64,000 nt of DNA from a virus. Its lineage: Duplodnaviria > Caudoviricetes. The first letter of the stretch is position 1, and each line of letters opens with the position of its first letter. Positions 17,742-28,649 of the stretch are shown here, one piece after another. The stretch lies in IMG/VR virus record IMGVR_UViG_3300044645_001661; one strand, 5' to 3'. A program made the translations under genes and the position numbers. Below the pieces are notes generated by a model. It made no database searches and was not told the DNA's origin. It was given only the letters and a program-made list of their open reading frames with translations.

Positions 17742-19676
17742 ATGGCAATCTCTACAAATACTTTTAGAGTTAATCCAGGTTGGGCAAGATCTGATGTTAT
17801 TAGTCAGATGGAGAGTGCTTTAACTTGGTTAGGTTGGCATTCTGGAACTGAAACTGGTCAAGTTGTTGGACTCAGTAGTTTTTGGGGTGGGGGTAATACT
17901 GGTGTTACCGAGTATTATTATGATGTCAGACAAAAATCTACAAGTGGTGTTGGAACAAATGCTAGCTTTTTTGTTTATAGAGACACCGTTGGTGTTAGAT
18001 ATGTCCTTGTAAATCGTCCTGGTGTTGGATATACTGGTGGTGAATTAATTGTTCTTGATGGAAATAGCATCGGTGGAATTTCAAGTGGTGCAGCAGACTT
18101 ATCGTTTAAAGTTTGTGTAAATGAAACAGTAACAGGTGGAACTAATATTTCTATAGCAACGACAGATATTGTTTATACTGGAAATGATTATACGTATAGA
18201 TTTAAAGGTACGGATAGAAATGGAGTTATTTCAGCGGGTCAAACTCACATTACTGTAAGAGAGGGTGATATTGTAAGTATTGGTAATAGTTATTCTAGTT
18301 CATATCCTCCTGGTCTTGCAAATCCAATTCCATACATCCCAGGGTCAAGTAGTTCAAGTTTGAATAGAGATCGTGGAATGGTTGCGGGACAAAATGTTAA
18401 CGGTTCTCCATATAATAATTTTATGGTTTTTAGACCCAAAATTGGACAAGCAGGAACATATACCTTTAGAACTGTAGGTGGTAATCTTGGACCAGAACTG
18501 GGTAGATTGATTGTTGAACCTTGGAGTGGAAGTCCTGGTGATAGAACATTAGTTGGAATAGGATCAACAAATACCTTCTGGGATAAAAATCTATCAACAA
18601 CTTATCCTTGGGCAGTTCAAAATCATAAGATACAAGATAATAAACGATATGGATCTACCTATCGTATTTTTAGAGAGTATACTGCTGGGTATCTTGATAT
18701 TGTAACATGTAGTGGATATAGTTCTTATTATGGTGGGGAATATTATGGCAACAGTGATAATGCAAATACCGACACTTCCGATTATCATGGTGGAACAGCA
18801 TCTCCTAAAAGAGCTGCTGGATCTGCAAATTTAGATTACCCATCTTATAATATAAGTGATATAAGGGACAATGGAATGTCATTGGCAGAATATGCCCCTT
18901 TGACGACCCAGATTATGCGTTTGGCAACTGTTAATCACGGAACAAATTATGGATTTAATTTGGATTTAAATGTATTTAAATCTAACCTTGACCCTAGGTT
19001 TGCAGTATTTTCTTATAGAGCATCTAACTTATCATCAACACATCTTACTACAAATACTTTTGATACTTGGTTTTTCCATAACTTTACCACTGATATTTGG
19101 GATTTGGATCATGTATTTCTTGGTGGAATGACTATGATTTATCCTACAACTGGGAATACAACAAATCCAACACTAACGTTTAGAACTTATTTGAGCTCCA
19201 AAGATCCAGATAGCCTTAATTCTGGAGCAAAAAGAACTGCAGAATTTCCTTATCAAGATAATAGGGGATACTCTTCTAATTCGGACAATTATGTTGATTG
19301 GATTATAGAATCGACTGCATATCCATTTGACATGGCTCCGTATACCACAAGAATGTATTATAGGTCTAATGATTCTGTTCTTACTTATGGTGGTGGATAT
19401 CCAAATACTGATAGTGGAAATGAAAGAGTGTCTCCAGATGCAAACTTTAATGCTGTTATAAAAGGATTGCCGATTAGTGGATGCCTTCTTCCTATTCCAT
19501 ACTATTTACCAGATGATTTTGTTTTAATTCAATTTTACTATAATGCTGCAAATGCAAATATTCAACAGGGAGATACAATTACAATAAGTCCAAGTGAAGT
19601 TTATACTGTAATTACTGGATCTTATAATCAAACAACAGTGACTCGTGGAATTTTATTCTGTGCGAGGACTGTTTGA
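17742..19676 (+). CDS. Putative virion/tail-associated protein
   Basis: Long Gly/Tyr/Thr-rich ORF inside the structural operon. Confidence 0.55.
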   Translation: MAISTNTFRVNPGWARSDVISQMESALTWLGWHSGTETGQVVGLSSFWGGGNTGVTEYYYDVRQKSTSGVGTNASFFVYRDTVGVRYVLVNRPGVGYTGGELIVLDGNSIGGISSGAADLSFKVCVNETVTGGTNISIATTDIVYTGNDYTYRFKGTDRNGVISAGQTHITVREGDIVSIGNSYSSSYPPGLANPIPYIPGSSSSSLNRDRGMVAGQNVNGSPYNNFMVFRPKIGQAGTYTFRTVGGNLGPELGRLIVEPWSGSPGDRTLVGIGSTNTFWDKNLSTTYPWAVQNHKIQDNKRYGSTYRIFREYTAGYLDIVTCSGYSSYYGGEYYGNSDNANTDTSDYHGGTASPKRAAGSANLDYPSYNISDIRDNGMSLAEYAPLTTQIMRLATVNHGTNYGFNLDLNVFKSNLDPRFAVFSYRASNLSSTHLTTNTFDTWFFHNFTTDIWDLDHVFLGGMTMIYPTTGNTTNPTLTFRTYLSSKDPDSLNSGAKRTAEFPYQDNRGYSSNSDNYVDWIIESTAYPFDMAPYTTRMYYRSNDSVLTYGGGYPNTDSGNERVSPDANFNAVIKGLPISGCLLPIPYYLPDDFVLIQFYYNAANANIQQGDTITISPSEVYTVITGSYNQTTVTRGILFCARTV

Positions 19677-19906
19677 TGGCTAATTTTACTTTTGCATCAG
19701 TAACAACAGCAAGAGTTGGAATTGCATCAACAGAGACAATTTATTCTAATATAGTTGGTGTTGCTTTATCTGTTACAACAACAAATGGGACAATTCCAAT
19801 GGGGAATATATCAGGAATGATCATTGATAATTCTCGTCCTGGTACATTAACTGGAAGAAGACCTCAAACTGGTCAATTATTCCCCCGTGGAATTTACAAT
19901 AAATAA
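19673..19906 (+). CDS. Hypothetical protein
   Basis: Overlaps the upstream stop codon. Confidence 0.55.
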   Translation: MMANFTFASVTTARVGIASTETIYSNIVGVALSVTTTNGTIPMGNISGMIIDNSRPGTLTGRRPQTGQLFPRGIYNK

Positions 19907-19942
19907 AACATATAGATCTACAATTTAAGATTGTAGAATTAA

Positions 19943-22900
19943 ATGGCAGTATACTCCTACACATCTTCTGCCACTTTAAATATTACAGACGGATATGATG
20001 GCGATTTACTAGGGTCATATCCAGGATATTTTGTATCTACATATAGCGAAGAAAAAACATCTTTCGATTATAATAAAGATTCTATAGTTACCTATGATGT
20101 ATGGGACTATGGAAGTATATCTGATGCAATAACTGAAGATGAAGATTACGGAGAAATAACCGCTACCATTGAATTATGGTATCAAATACAAGATTATGGT
20201 ACGTTAGAAGTTAATACTACAAGATCTCCTTATGGGGAAATTAAATTTGTCGATTTTGCAGATTCTCGTTTAATCCGAGTTAGTGTTGGGGGAGTTCAAT
20301 TTGCTCTGTTTGGTAGGGCAGCAACTGAAGTAATATTTAATCCTGTTAATAGAGTCTTTGATATTGAAGGTGCTGCTACTGTTAGGGCTACGTTGGCTTC
20401 TGCTGGTAATGGCATTGTCAACTTCCCTCGCGTCAAAGCGACAGATTCTGTGGGATTTTCTTCTCCAGAGTCTGTCTTTTTGTTGAAAATTCAAGGAAGT
20501 GCTGTTACTTATCCAGTATTCTATGAAGGAGATAGAGTATTTGATATTGAAGGAACGGCAGATGAATCTATAACTTATGATTACAATGACTCTTCTAAAC
20601 TTGATCTTAATAGTGATGATTATGGATTTATTACTGAAGCTCTTTCTAGAACAGAAGACTTTGGATTAATAACTGAAGGTCAAGATATTCAAAGATGGGA
20701 CTCTGAAGCAGAAGATTGGGGTCTTATTACTGAAGATATTACCGTTAATCTTTACGGTAAATTTAAATTATTCGGTAAAGGTGAAGAGAGCTTTATATTT
20801 GCAAATTATGATGGATCTTGGGGTAATAAGCAACCAAGACTACTTGGTACTGCTAAAGATTATTCAACACCAAAAATTAATGGATCTGGAAAGATTACTC
20901 TTGAAGGAACTCCTCGCGTCCAAATTAGGATGCACTACAAGGCGGATGGTGGATGGGATAGATATCCAGACAGATTCCGTGGTGGATCACTATTTGGATT
21001 TAGTAGTGCTACTCAAACTTCTACATTTACAGAATCTCCAACAGGAAAACTATTCTCAGTACAGAGTACAACTACATTTAGTGCAGTAAGAGATGAAGTT
21101 GGTATTAGTGATGAGGATATTTTAGTCAGAGGTAATGCAAATTATATTGTTATCTTTAATGAAGTTGATAGGGTACTTACCTTTAGCAACATTGAAGATA
21201 ATAGTAGGGTATATTCATATAATGAGACTTCAATTGTTAATGTTGAAGGAATTGATTATGGATTTGTAAGTGAATCTCCAACATTATTTGAAGATTATCA
21301 AAATATAACTGGAGATGCTTATTATCCATGGGAAATTGATGACTATGGATTCTTAACACCAGATAGACCACTATTCCCATATGGTGTTGCAAGAATTATT
21401 AGCACTACTGCTGATAGTCAGACTAAGATTCATATTGGTGATGGATTAACTTCCATCAATGGCAATGCTAAGGTATATGTATTACCTAAGCATAACGGAT
21501 CTGGATTTATCAGAATTGCTGGTGAACTTATTGAGAAGAACACTGAAAATTATGTTGGTTCTGGATCACTGTTTGGATTCTCCAGCACATCTGAGTCTAC
21601 TGCTGTTGTTGAAGAATCTAAGGAACTCTTCAAGTTCATTGGTAATGCAGTTGAGAAGAATACTGAGAATTATGTTGGATCTGGATTATTCTCCACACTT
21701 GGTGGATCCGCAGAATCGTATGGTCCAAATCCAGAAGAACAAGGAGAACTCTTTACATTCTCTGGATCTGCTGTTGAAAGAAATGCAGAATCTTACGTTG
21801 GTTCTGGATCACTCTTTAGTATTAGTGGACATGCAGAAAGAGTTACATATCACTACAATGAATCTTCAATAGTTGATATTGAATCTTATGATTATGGATT
21901 TATTACTGAAACTCCACTATTTGAATCATCTTGTGACACTATTTCTGATTACTCTTCTGAACTGATTAGTACTTATGCTGATGAAATAGTATCTGAATTT
22001 GGATGTGTTGATGTTGGTGATGATTATGGATTAGTTGGTGATCAAACCATATATCCATGGCAGCGTGATGATTATGGATTTATTATTCCAGATGCTCCAA
22101 GAAGACCATATGGTAAGTTTGAGTTTATCAGTGGAACTACTGATGCTCAAACTAAGGTATACATTGGATCTGGTTCACTATTTGGATTCTCCAGTACAAC
22201 TGAAGCAACTGTTGTACAAGCAGAATCTAAAGGACTCTTTAGAATTTCTGGTAATGCTGCTGAGTCTACAACTCCTGCAACTGAAATTGGATCTGGATCC
22301 ATATTTACATTTGTATCCTTTACTGAGACTGCTACTTATAATCCACCAGAATCTACTGAACTATTCAAGATTTCTGGTGAAGCATATGTATTGATTGCAC
22401 CAGATTATCCTGGTAGTGGAACTATTACCGTTAGCGGTGAGGCAAGAATTTATGTCTTACCTAAGCATAATGGTTCTGGATTCGTTCATATTTTTGGTAA
22501 TGCTGCTGAATCAACAACTCCTCAAACTGAAGTTGGATCTGGATCTATCTTCACCTTTGTATCATTTACTGAAACTGCAGTATTTAATCCAAAAGAATCT
22601 ACAGAACTCTTTAAGATTACTGGATCTGCAGTTGAGAAAAGTTCACCAGGACCAGATGGATCTGGAACTATTGAACTTAATGGTTCTGCAAATACAATCT
22701 TCAGACTTAAAGTTACTGAGACTGGTAGACAACCAATTAAACTTATTGGTGCTGCTACACAATCTAGAACTCCTGCCCCACATATTGGTTCTGGATCACT
22801 CTTCGGATTCTCTAGTACAACTGAAGCAACCTCTAACGCAGAAACATCTAAAGAACTCTTTAGATTTAGTGGTTCTGCGGTTGAGAAGAATACCGAAAAT

Positions 22901-23923
22901 TATGTAGGTAGAGTTCTTGCTAATATTGAAGGTACTGCAACTACAATCTTTAGACTCAGAGTTACTGAGACTGGTAGACAACCAATCAGAATTATTGGTA
23001 ATGTAGTTGAGAAGAATGTAGAGAATTATGTTGGTTCTGGATCACTCTTTGGATTCTCTAGTACAACTGAAGCAACCTCTAACGCAGAAACATCTAAAGA
23101 ACTCTTTAGATTTAGTGGTTCTGCAACTGAATTTGTTGTATATAATCCACCAGAAGTTGGTGAATTTATTAAACTCACTGGTACTTCAGTTGAGAAGAAT
23201 ACTGAATCTTATCGTGGTTCTGGATCACTCTTTGGATTCTCTAGTACAACTGAAGCAACCTCTAACGCAGAAACATCTAAAGAACTCTTTAGATTCTCTG
23301 GTAAAGGTGAAGAATCAATTGCTCCTGCTCCACATGTTGGATCTGGATCTATCTTCACCTTTGTATCTGCTACTGAAACTAGATCTGTATCTGAAGTATC
23401 TACAGAACTCTTTAGATTCTCTGGAACTTCAATTGAGAAGAATACTGAGAATTATGTTGGTCGTGGATCCCTATTTGGATTCAGCAGCACAACTGAAGCA
23501 ACAGGATCTAATCCTCCAGAATCAACAATTCTGTTTAGATTCTCTGGTAAGGGTAATGAATCTATTACTCCTGCACCACATGTTGGTTCTGGATCAATCT
23601 TCACATTTGTATCCTTCACTGAAACCAGAGCAGTATCTGAGAAGTCTGAAGAACTCTTTAGAATTACTGGTTCTGCAGTTGAATCTAACACTGAAGCATA
23701 TAAAGGAACAGGACTTATTACTTCTATTGGAAGTAAGAGCACTACAATCTTTAGAGTTAGAGTTATATCAAATGGATCTCTTCTCAGAATTAATGGAAAA
23801 CTTCGTGAGTCATTTGCATATGGTTTATATAATGGATATGATGAAATTCAAATTAATGGAAATTCACAAGATAGGAAGATAAAGGCAGAGCCTAAGAAAC
23901 CGCCTAGAATATATGTAATCTAA
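19943..23923 (+). CDS. 1326-aa repetitive virion structural protein
   Basis: Acidic DYG motifs in the N-terminal half; many (Y/H)VGSGSLFGFSSTTE..ELFRFSG units in the C-terminal half. Confidence 0.7.
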   Translation: MAVYSYTSSATLNITDGYDGDLLGSYPGYFVSTYSEEKTSFDYNKDSIVTYDVWDYGSISDAITEDEDYGEITATIELWYQIQDYGTLEVNTTRSPYGEIKFVDFADSRLIRVSVGGVQFALFGRAATEVIFNPVNRVFDIEGAATVRATLASAGNGIVNFPRVKATDSVGFSSPESVFLLKIQGSAVTYPVFYEGDRVFDIEGTADESITYDYNDSSKLDLNSDDYGFITEALSRTEDFGLITEGQDIQRWDSEAEDWGLITEDITVNLYGKFKLFGKGEESFIFANYDGSWGNKQPRLLGTAKDYSTPKINGSGKITLEGTPRVQIRMHYKADGGWDRYPDRFRGGSLFGFSSATQTSTFTESPTGKLFSVQSTTTFSAVRDEVGISDEDILVRGNANYIVIFNEVDRVLTFSNIEDNSRVYSYNETSIVNVEGIDYGFVSESPTLFEDYQNITGDAYYPWEIDDYGFLTPDRPLFPYGVARIISTTADSQTKIHIGDGLTSINGNAKVYVLPKHNGSGFIRIAGELIEKNTENYVGSGSLFGFSSTSESTAVVEESKELFKFIGNAVEKNTENYVGSGLFSTLGGSAESYGPNPEEQGELFTFSGSAVERNAESYVGSGSLFSISGHAERVTYHYNESSIVDIESYDYGFITETPLFESSCDTISDYSSELISTYADEIVSEFGCVDVGDDYGLVGDQTIYPWQRDDYGFIIPDAPRRPYGKFEFISGTTDAQTKVYIGSGSLFGFSSTTEATVVQAESKGLFRISGNAAESTTPATEIGSGSIFTFVSFTETATYNPPESTELFKISGEAYVLIAPDYPGSGTITVSGEARIYVLPKHNGSGFVHIFGNAAESTTPQTEVGSGSIFTFVSFTETAVFNPKESTELFKITGSAVEKSSPGPDGSGTIELNGSANTIFRLKVTETGRQPIKLIGAATQSRTPAPHIGSGSLFGFSSTTEATSNAETSKELFRFSGSAVEKNTENYVGRVLANIEGTATTIFRLRVTETGRQPIRIIGNVVEKNVENYVGSGSLFGFSSTTEATSNAETSKELFRFSGSATEFVVYNPPEVGEFIKLTGTSVEKNTESYRGSGSLFGFSSTTEATSNAETSKELFRFSGKGEESIAPAPHVGSGSIFTFVSATETRSVSEVSTELFRFSGTSIEKNTENYVGRGSLFGFSSTTEATGSNPPESTILFRFSGKGNESITPAPHVGSGSIFTFVSFTETRAVSEKSEELFRITGSAVESNTEAYKGTGLITSIGSKSTTIFRVRVISNGSLLRINGKLRESFAYGLYNGYDEIQINGNSQDRKIKAEPKKPPRIYVI
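22787..23295 (+). repeat. Three near-identical 80-bp direct repeats inside the 1326-aa gene
   Basis: Copies at 22787-22866, 23033-23112, 23216-23295 (GGTTCTGGATCACTCTTYGGATTC..GAACTCTTTAGATT); one mismatch in copy 1. Confidence 0.9.
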
Positions 23924-23925
23924 AA

Positions 23926-23933
23926 TATAAATA
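23926..23933 (+). promoter_or_regulatory. T4-type late promoter
   Basis: Exact TATAAATA. Confidence 0.7.
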
Positions 23934-23959
23934 ATCTTAAGAATATTTTTCCCTTTTTA

Positions 23960-24409
23960 ATGGCAAATACCAAACGAGTACAACTTCGTAAAGGGACCGA
24001 AACAGAACATGCCTCATTTACTGGGGCATTAGCAGAAGTAACTTATGATACAACTAAAGGTGTCATAAGAATGCATGACGGATTGACTACATCTGGATTT
24101 GAAGTTCAAAAATCTAGATTAACTGAAATTAGTTCAACTACTAATGTAGCAACTAATATTAAGTATTTTACTGATACTTCTGGCGGTCCTTTTACTGTAA
24201 CATTACCAACATTAAAATATGTTGGAGATGTGATTCAATTAGCAGATTCCAAATACTATTGGGGTATAAATAATCTTACGGTGAATACTCAAAGTGGTGA
24301 ACAAATAAAAGATAGTACTGGATATATTGACGCACCTTTGGTATGTGATGTATCTGGGGCTTATATAGAATTAATTTGGGAAGGAACTTATTGGAGACTG
24401 TTCTCATGA
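23960..24409 (+). CDS. Tail-fibre-associated protein with Mtd_N/hyaluronidase-like N-terminal motif
   Basis: VQLRKGT..EH..FTG..AEVTYDT..HDG N-terminus; YFTDTSGGPFTVTLP module shared with the C-terminus of ORF 24791. Confidence 0.65.
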   Translation: MANTKRVQLRKGTETEHASFTGALAEVTYDTTKGVIRMHDGLTTSGFEVQKSRLTEISSTTNVATNIKYFTDTSGGPFTVTLPTLKYVGDVIQLADSKYYWGINNLTVNTQSGEQIKDSTGYIDAPLVCDVSGAYIELIWEGTYWRLFS

Positions 24410-24771
24410 CAATGCATCTAAGTAGATCAAATACAACTGGAGAAAAGACAGTAACGCAGTCAAACGATTTTGTCGTTCATGCATTGCGTAGAGACTCTAC
24501 TGGAATGCTTTATTATACTAGAGTTGGTTCCGCAAGTACTGAAGTTGCTGATTTTCATAGAACAGATGGAACTCAATACCCTGGATTTTTGGATGGTGTT
24601 GATTATGTAGATGAAACGACAGAAGAGAAATCTTATACGAATCATCCAACAGATAAATACCAACAGTATAGATTTGATTTTAGAGGATTAAATTATCTCA
24701 TCGATGATGATGGATACCTCGTTGCCAGAATTAATGGCACTTATGATTATAATACCCAAGGACCTAAGTAA
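24406..24771 (+). CDS. Hypothetical structural-region protein (start 24406 preferred)
   Basis: ATGA overlap with the upstream stop. Confidence 0.6.
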   Translation: MTMHLSRSNTTGEKTVTQSNDFVVHALRRDSTGMLYYTRVGSASTEVADFHRTDGTQYPGFLDGVDYVDETTEEKSYTNHPTDKYQQYRFDFRGLNYLIDDDGYLVARINGTYDYNTQGPK

Positions 24772-24790
24772 AGTAAGGAATTAAAACACA

Positions 24791-27700
24791 ATGGCTGATT
24801 TTAGATTAGGGAGACTAAAATTCAACTGGAGAGGCGAGTGGGCACCCAGTACTGCTTATGTTATTGACGACATTGTAAAATTTGGTGCAAATACTTATGT
24901 TTGTACTACAAACCATACTTCTTCTTCTTCAGAACAAGTATGGTATTCTGTAGATGCATCAAATTGGTCTTTACATACTGAAGGAGTACGAAATGTTGGT
25001 ACTTATACTCCAGGGACTTTTTATAAAATTAACGATGTAGTTCTTGATGGTAATACACAGCGTAGAGTTACCGTAGGAATTTCTACTGCTGTTGGTATTG
25101 GGAGTACTAATAGTGTTCTTTATGTTTCTGGATTTAATGGTGAAGGAACCTATGATCCAGGAACGGTTTATCAAACTGGAGATGTTGTAATATTTAATGG
25201 TATTAGTTATGTAGCTATTACTACTACAACTTCTGGTGTTGTACCTCCTGTTGAGTTGGGAACAAAATGGAATGTTCTTGCTGATGGTATCAATGCTGCT
25301 GGAATTACTACCTATCAAGGAAATTCAATTTATTATAAAGGAGATTTAGTAAGACTTGGTGGAAATACATATAGACTTAACGCAACTACTGCACAGTATG
25401 TTAATCCTGCAATTGGATCTACCATTGGAATCGGATCTACTGTTGTTGGTGTTGCAGTAACTGCTTGGGATTTATATAATACTGGATTAAGATACGCTGG
25501 AACATATTCATCAATTACTCAATATTTTGCAAATGATGTTGTAGAATATTCTTCATCTGCATATGTTGGTATAGGTTCAACTTCATTCCAAGGAATTGTT
25601 CCTGGAACAGATTCTACTATTTGGGGTGCTTTAGCAATTGGAGATTCCAATGCCCTACTAACCACAAAAGGTGATATTTTAATTAGAGATTCTTCTGCCC
25701 CAGCCAGACTTGGAATTTCTACAGTTCCTTATAAGTCTCTTGGTGTAAGTACATCGGGTGTTCCACAATGGATGACCATTGGTGATTCTACTCGTATTTA
25801 CTATGTTGACCCAGAACTTGGTTCTGATACTTATAATGGCAGTACACCTGATATGGCGTTCAGAACTCTGAAGTATGCCTGTGATAATGCTAGTGCCGTA
25901 ACATCTATTACAAACTTTGTATATGATCCTCTAACTGGTATATCAACAATTACGGCTCCTTCACACGGAATTTTATATCCAAATATTACTATTAGACTTG
26001 AGGATATTGAATTTGAATGTTTAAGTGGTGGTAGAAGTTACAACGTTACTGGATTTACATATGATGCTACTTCTGGTATTGGTACTGTAACAGTTGGGGC
26101 TGCAGCAACAGGAATTTCTCCTGGTACAGTAGTTAGACTCAAAGACTTAGAATTTACTTGTCCTGGTGGATCTGGAATTACAACTACAATATTCCCAGAT
26201 GGTACAAGAGCTCAAGGACCCAATTTCACGGTAACTTCTGTTAATAGTTCAACATCATTTGCAGTAAACGTTGGTGTTTCTACAATCAACCACATTTATG
26301 TAAGTGGTGGTAATGCATTTGTTGGATTTGATACCACAGTGTTCCCAAGAAATGTGGTTGAATCTTATTTTACAGTAAGTGAAATTGTAGATAATAATAC
26401 TATTAAAGTTAATGCTGGATTATCTACAATTTATCACACTTATGTAAGTGGTGGTCACGTAATTAACCTTTCACCTGCAGTTGTTAAGTTATCTGCATCT
26501 GAATTTGCTGAGCAACTTCCAATTACTGTTCCTGCATTTACAAGCATCGTTGGATCTACTCTTAGAGCGTCTAAGATTCGTCCTGCTGCTGGTTTATCAA
26601 CTGATGGTACTACTCCAAATAATCGCCAGACAATGTTTAGATTGTCTGATGCAACAACAATTCAAGGTCTGAATGTATCTGGTCTTGTTGGATTTAATTA
26701 TGACGTTAACCGTCCTTATGAATTAGAAGCAAGTACAGTTAGAACTGGTGTTGGAACAACTGCTTGTGGTGTTTACTTTGCATTCAATCCAAGTTCACCA
26801 ATTTTAAATAAATCACCTTACGTTAAGGATTGTACTTCATTTGGTGATCCAGATCCTAATGGTTATGGTGGTGCTGGCGTCGGTGTATTCATTGATGGAG
26901 GAGTGCATAATGAAGGTGCCAAGACAATGGTATTCGATGCATATACCAATGTTCTGAGTGATGGTGCTGGATTCATTCTTGATAGAGATGCTGGTGCAGA
27001 AATTGTATCTTGCTTTACTTATTATTGTAGATGGGGTTACTATTCTGGTGGTGGATCTAGAATTCGTTCTGTCGCTGGTAACAACTCTTATGGTGATTAT
27101 GGTGTTGTCTCTTCTGGATTCTCTACATCAGAAACTCCAAGAACTGGTAGAGTCTTTGGTGATAGAGCAGATACCGTTGTTGGAACTGTAAGTGGAACTA
27201 TCGGCGTCGGTATGACAATGATTGGTGAAACCTCTGGTGCAAGAGCAACCTTCATTAATGATCAAACCAGTGCGGATAGAATTTACTTCAAGTATTGGCC
27301 TGGTTACGGTAGTGTATCTGCTGGAATTGGTACTACTTCTTTTGTTGATGGTGAATGGGTATCATTTATTGGTGCTGGTACTACTGGTGCTCTTAGAATC
27401 GCTACTGCTACTGGTTCAGTATCTGGACAAAAGGGTGTTATTATTGAACTTGATGAAGTTAATGGTAATAATTTACCATTAGTTGGTGATGCTATTGGAT
27501 TTACTACAACTGGAATTGGTAGTGATAGAACTGGTGGAGAAGTAAGATATTACATTATTAATAATGTAACTGGATTTACTTCATCGTATACTCAGTACCG
27601 TGGTTCTAGTGGATTATCTTCAGTAACTTATAACAATAGAGTTACCATTACAATTTCTCCTGAAAAAGGTGGTGCTACTCCCGATACAAGATCTACTTTC

Positions 27701-28585
27701 CTGTCTGGTGTTGGTACTGCTTCTGGTGGTTCATTCGTAGACATTAGAACTAAGTTCTCTAATGCTCGTTTAACTGGTCACGACTTCTTATCTGTTGGTA
27801 CTGGAAACAAAGCTGAAACAAATTATCCTAACGTCAATGAATCAAATGTTCAGCAGGGTAATGAAACAAATACATTTGGTCCAGGTAAAGTATTCTATGT
27901 ATCTACTGACCAAGGTGGTAACTTCCGTGTAGGTGATCTCTTCTCGGTTAACCAGTTAACTGGTGCTGCAACTCTTGATGCTTCTGCATTCAACCTGTCT
28001 GGTCTTACAGAATTGAGACTCGGTTCTCTTGGTGGTCAGATTGGTGAAGCAATTAATGAATTCTCATCTGATGAGACAATGAGTGGTAATTCCAATACTG
28101 CTTGTCCTACTGAGTATGCAGTTCGTGGATATCTTACCAGAGATAAGATGGGTAGTGAGGCTATGGTTCCTCCTACAGGAACTACTGCTGAAAGACCTGG
28201 TGTTGGCAACTTAATTGAAGGTCAATTCCGTTACAACACTGATCTTAAAACTCCAGAATATTATGATGGAACTCAATGGATTCCTGCTGGTAGATGGGCA
28301 ACTGTTGATATAACTTCAAACACTAACGCATCTATTTGGAGAACCTACTTCTGTAATACCAGTGGTGGTGCATTTACATTAACTCTTCCTGCTTCTCCAG
28401 TTAAGGGTGATGCGATCAGAGTATTTGACGTTGGTAATACCTTTGATACAAATAACTTAACAATTGGTAGAAATGGAAAACCAATCGGTGGCCTTGCTGA
28501 AAACATGACTATCTCAACAGAAGGTGCTGCGTTTGAATTGGTATTCTTTGATAATACACAAGGATGGAGAATCTTCACCGTCTAA
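24791..28585 (+). CDS. Large tail fibre/tailspike-like protein
   Basis: N-terminal carbohydrate-binding-like repeats (W.P...Y..DDIV..G..Y.C); central parallel-beta-helix-like region (IYYVDP..G.D, SPYVKDCT); C-terminal fibre module. Confidence 0.75.
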   Translation: MADFRLGRLKFNWRGEWAPSTAYVIDDIVKFGANTYVCTTNHTSSSSEQVWYSVDASNWSLHTEGVRNVGTYTPGTFYKINDVVLDGNTQRRVTVGISTAVGIGSTNSVLYVSGFNGEGTYDPGTVYQTGDVVIFNGISYVAITTTTSGVVPPVELGTKWNVLADGINAAGITTYQGNSIYYKGDLVRLGGNTYRLNATTAQYVNPAIGSTIGIGSTVVGVAVTAWDLYNTGLRYAGTYSSITQYFANDVVEYSSSAYVGIGSTSFQGIVPGTDSTIWGALAIGDSNALLTTKGDILIRDSSAPARLGISTVPYKSLGVSTSGVPQWMTIGDSTRIYYVDPELGSDTYNGSTPDMAFRTLKYACDNASAVTSITNFVYDPLTGISTITAPSHGILYPNITIRLEDIEFECLSGGRSYNVTGFTYDATSGIGTVTVGAAATGISPGTVVRLKDLEFTCPGGSGITTTIFPDGTRAQGPNFTVTSVNSSTSFAVNVGVSTINHIYVSGGNAFVGFDTTVFPRNVVESYFTVSEIVDNNTIKVNAGLSTIYHTYVSGGHVINLSPAVVKLSASEFAEQLPITVPAFTSIVGSTLRASKIRPAAGLSTDGTTPNNRQTMFRLSDATTIQGLNVSGLVGFNYDVNRPYELEASTVRTGVGTTACGVYFAFNPSSPILNKSPYVKDCTSFGDPDPNGYGGAGVGVFIDGGVHNEGAKTMVFDAYTNVLSDGAGFILDRDAGAEIVSCFTYYCRWGYYSGGGSRIRSVAGNNSYGDYGVVSSGFSTSETPRTGRVFGDRADTVVGTVSGTIGVGMTMIGETSGARATFINDQTSADRIYFKYWPGYGSVSAGIGTTSFVDGEWVSFIGAGTTGALRIATATGSVSGQKGVIIELDEVNGNNLPLVGDAIGFTTTGIGSDRTGGEVRYYIINNVTGFTSSYTQYRGSSGLSSVTYNNRVTITISPEKGGATPDTRSTFLSGVGTASGGSFVDIRTKFSNARLTGHDFLSVGTGNKAETNYPNVNESNVQQGNETNTFGPGKVFYVSTDQGGNFRVGDLFSVNQLTGAATLDASAFNLSGLTELRLGSLGGQIGEAINEFSSDETMSGNSNTACPTEYAVRGYLTRDKMGSEAMVPPTGTTAERPGVGNLIEGQFRYNTDLKTPEYYDGTQWIPAGRWATVDITSNTNASIWRTYFCNTSGGAFTLTLPASPVKGDAIRVFDVGNTFDTNNLTIGRNGKPIGGLAENMTISTEGAAFELVFFDNTQGWRIFTV

Positions 28586-28592
28586 TAAAATG

Positions 28593-28628
28593 AGGGGACT
28601 AGTGATCTAGTCCCCTTTAGTATAAATA
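28593..28628 (+). terminator. Hairpin/terminator directly followed by a late promoter
   Basis: AGGGGACTAG-TGAT-CTAGTCCCCT (28593-28616); TATAAATA at 28621-28628. Confidence 0.65.
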
Positions 28629-28649
28629 TTAGTAATCCAAATATCAAAA

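Noticed and set aside
23960-24409. Diversity-generating retroelement suggested by the Mtd_N-like protein
   Set aside because: I saw no reverse transcriptase and no repeat pair differing only at adenines in the window.
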